Shown in pieces: positions 61,201 through 64,000 of a stretch of DNA of 64,000 nt. The notes under the pieces were generated by a model, which saw only the letters and a program-made list of their open reading frames with translations, ran no database searches and was not told the DNA's origin. Location of the stretch: positions 62,001 to 126,000 of the forward strand of contig JASTWF010000336.1 of assembly GCA_030390025.1 (NCBI GenBank). Reading direction: 5' to 3'. Made by a program: the position numbers and the translations under genes. The number at the start of each line of letters is the position of its first letter. Position 1 is the stretch's first letter. Source of the stretch: Squalus acanthias. Taxonomy: Eukaryota.

Positions 61201-62474
61201 GCACGGCCTCAATTACGACACGCAGCTCTTGTTTATGAGAGTGGGCGGCACACGTGCCTGCCTGCAGGAGCTGCCTGTCTTCTACCAGGAACTGCTATGG
61301 GTTTGGAACAGCGTCGCCTCCGAGCGCAGTTCTCCCCCGTCAGGAGTGGCGGCCGTCCTTCGGGAGCCGCTGTTCAGGAATCCGCACCTCCACGACCGCG
61401 GGTTCGGATGGCTGGCGGAGGGCAGGGCTGTGCCCGGTAAGGTGACTAGAGTCGGGGACCTGCTCGGTGGTGGAGGAGCGGGCTGGATGGCGCCGGAGGA
61501 GCTGGTGAGGCGCATGTCTTGGGTCAACGTCCGGCTCGCGGTCAAAGCCATCGAGTCGCTAAAAATGGCACTGGGCCCCGACTCCACTAGGTGTATCGAG
61601 GAGGCTCAAGCACGTGGGGCGATCCCGTCCGAGCTGACCTCCGTTCGGACGGAATTCCTCATCGGCGCCCGGCCCCGAATCCTCCCTCGGGAGCCACCGC
61701 CTCACCACTTGAGCCTTCTCGGAGAAATGCCCTCCGTGCCCTTTCATTCCGCATGGAGGTGTTTCCTGTACGGGCTGCTCCTGCACACTATCCACTTTGC
61801 CATCTTCGTCTGCCATCTGGACATGCCTTGGCGTACCATCCTGCCGTCCGGCGGAGGTGAAGTTCCCCAATGGAGGGCTCTCTACGCGGGAGTCTTCCCT
61901 TGTTCTATTGGGGACTTGGCCTGGAGGGTGTTGCACGGAGCAGTCCCGTGCAATATGGTTTTAAATAGGTTCACGGACTCCCAGGCTGCTTGCCATTTTT
62001 GCGGCCTGGAGGAGTCCGTCTTTCACGTTTATACAGAGTGTGAGAGGTTGCAGCCCCTCTTTCATTATTTGAAGGGGCTGCTCCTCGATTTTTTGTTGCA
62101 CTTCAGCCCCACGCTCCTGATCTACGGTCACCCGGTGCGGAGGGGAGTGGGCAGGTCGGAGGACCTCCTCGTAGGACTGCTCCTGGGCCTGGCTAAAAAA
62201 GCCATTAATTGGTCCAGGCAGCGGGCGGTCGAGGGGGTCGTTCGGCCCGATTGCCTGCCTCTTTTCCACGGTCATGTTCGCGCCTGGGTGGCCCTGGAGA
62301 TGGAGCAAGCGGTGTCCGCCGGCACGCTTGAGTTTTTCCGCGACCAGTGGGCGCCGCGGGGACTGGAGTGCATCGTCACCCCGGGCTACCAAATTTTAAT
62401 TTAATTTGTTAAGGTTTATTTAAAGTTTTATTGATTTACAGTTTATTTGGTTAACCACCCAAATTAAAAGAGTG
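58251..62474 (+). mobile_element. 5'-truncated Tx1 LINE C containing a nested CR1
   Basis: Tx1 RT 58251-59107 resumes at 60935; GCTAATCTC repeats at 58242-58250 and 62478-62486. Confidence 0.88.
59108..60935 (+). mobile_element. 5'-truncated CR1 nearly identical to 3131-4958
   Basis: Same protein with few substitutions; same tail. Confidence 0.93.
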
Positions 62475-62546
62475 CACGCTAATCTCTTATGCAGGACCTT
62501 ATCGAAAGCCTTCTTTTTGTAACATTTAAATCAGCAAAAATGGGAT

Positions 62547-63442
62547 TGTTAGATTCGAATTTGGAGAAACTCTAGACGGAGACGGAATTGAGGACAAGTT
62601 CAGAATTTATTAAAATAAACAAAAGACTTGTGCACAAGGGAGAGCCACTCAGCTTCCTCAAGCTAGGGGCGCACTCTCTGAGGAACAAGTAACGGTTCAT
62701 TCAAGTTATACATTTCTATAAGCACCGCCCACTTACTACAGAATGGGGCGTACACGTACAAACAGTGTCACTACAGTTACTCTCTATTGGTTATATGGTT
62801 AGTCACTCAACTGTCGGGCCCTCCCCTTGAACCCTGACCATGCCAGTCACAGATGTTGGTTGCCTCATCCTACTCCCCAAATTCTTGCTGTTATCTCTTC
62901 CTTTGCAGGCATAGTTTATAGTTTGAGAAAACATATTTTATCCCTAGCTGTCGGACAAAGCGGGGTGGCTCAAGGCCGTAATGGCTTGGATGCTCAATGA
63001 CTGGAACCGTGTTGGTCATTAATTGCTCCCTTATCTCTTGGGCGACCAGGTTCGAATAGTAGATGTACCCCCCGTGCCTGGAACTGTGTTGGTTGTTAAT
63101 TGCTCCCTTATCTCTTGGGAGGCCAGGCTGTGCTTTGACACTGGCTCTACTGAGGTTGTGAATACATATATCCCAAGGTTTGATAAGGGGAGGGAGGCAC
63201 CTTCCAGTCTACAAATATGCCTTAATTAGCTAAACCTACTATCCGAAATAAGTAGAGGGTAATGTAGTCAAGTATCCCAGAGTTCTTTGGGAACAAGCTG
63301 GATCCTTCAGGATTGTTTCACAAATCGCTTTTATCATTCATTAAATGGGCCACAGTGAGAGGATGTTAATTATCATCCGAATTACTGATAAAACGAGTGT
63401 GTGACCCGAACCCTGGAATGGGAGTTCCTGAAGAGGTTTACA
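62547..63442 (-). mobile_element. Possible solo LTR
   Basis: Minus-strand order: ~50-bp direct repeats, CCAAT, TATA-like, AATAAA, TG..CA ends; no TSD found. Confidence 0.4.
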
Positions 63443-63454
63443 CTTTCCATCCGT

Positions 63455-63650
63455 TGAGATTTTTTTTCACCCAGAGGGTGGTGGGGGTCTGGAACTTGTA
63501 GCTCAAAGGGTGACAGAGGCAGAAACCCTCATCGCATTTAAAAAAAGTACTTGGATATGCACTTGAAGTGCCGTAAACTGCAAGGCTTCTGACCAAGAGC
63601 TGGAAAGTGGGATTTGACTGGATAGATTTTATTTGGCCCACACAGACACG
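63455..63650 (+). mobile_element. Old CR1 3' fragment
   Basis: TTCACCCAGAGGGTGGTG (FTQRVV) and degenerate downstream sequence. Confidence 0.6.
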
Positions 63651-63725
63651 ATTTCTATGATCCGATACATCCCAGAAACAGACCGCTATAGAGGAAAACC
63701 CACACTCACATACTAGAGATACAAA

Positions 63726-64000
63726 GCACTGGTGCCTCACAGCGCCAGGGACCCGGGTTCGAATCTGACCTCGGGTGACTGTCTGTGTGGAGTTTGCACA
63801 TTCTCCCCGTGTCTGCGTGGGTTTCCTCCGGGTGCTCCGGTTTCCTCCCACAGTCCAAAAATGTGCGGGTTAGGTTGATTTGGCTATGATAAATTGACCC
63901 TTAGTGTTAGGGGGGATTAAATATGTGGGGTTATGGGGATAGGATGGGATATGTTAGGGGGAATTAAATACGTGGGGTTACGGGGGTAGGGTGGGATATG
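63726..64000 (+). mobile_element. tRNA-derived V-SINE (HE1-like), 5'-truncated
   Basis: B box GGTTCGAATC then V-domain TGTGTGGAGTTTGCACATTCTCCCCGTGTCTGCGTGGGTTTCCTCCGG. Confidence 0.8.

Noticed and set aside
60863..62404. 513-aa standalone gene
   Set aside because: C-terminal half of Tx1-C ORF2 with an incidental ATG from the CR1 3' UTR
63726..63775. tRNA gene
   Set aside because: Only a B box within a SINE head; no complete cloverleaf

Overview
Eukaryotic, repeat-dense vertebrate DNA, most likely a cartilaginous fish (inferred from the HE1/V-SINE-type SINE, shark-type CR1/Penelope ends and H1 sequence). Host genes are limited to an intact replication-dependent histone H1 and a histone H4 split by a CR1 insertion. 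The rest is nested mobile DNA: many CR1 LINEs (one with intact ORF1+ORF2), three Tx1-clade LINEs (one intact, inserted antisense into another), a Penelope element with hammerhead motifs, non-autonomous Tx1-related elements, satellites and a ~1.4-kb local repeat. The centrepiece is a very young 12.9-kb provirus (11374-24230): 1719-bp near-identical LTRs, 4-bp TSD, tRNA-Arg PBS, gag with ESCRT late domains, UGA-CUAG readthrough into pol, tether plus second RNase H, a long Pol tail, and an env joining an Ig-like domain to a paramyxo/pneumovirus-F-like fusion protein, i.e. lokiretrovirus-like. All calls come from reading the sequence; no searches were run.
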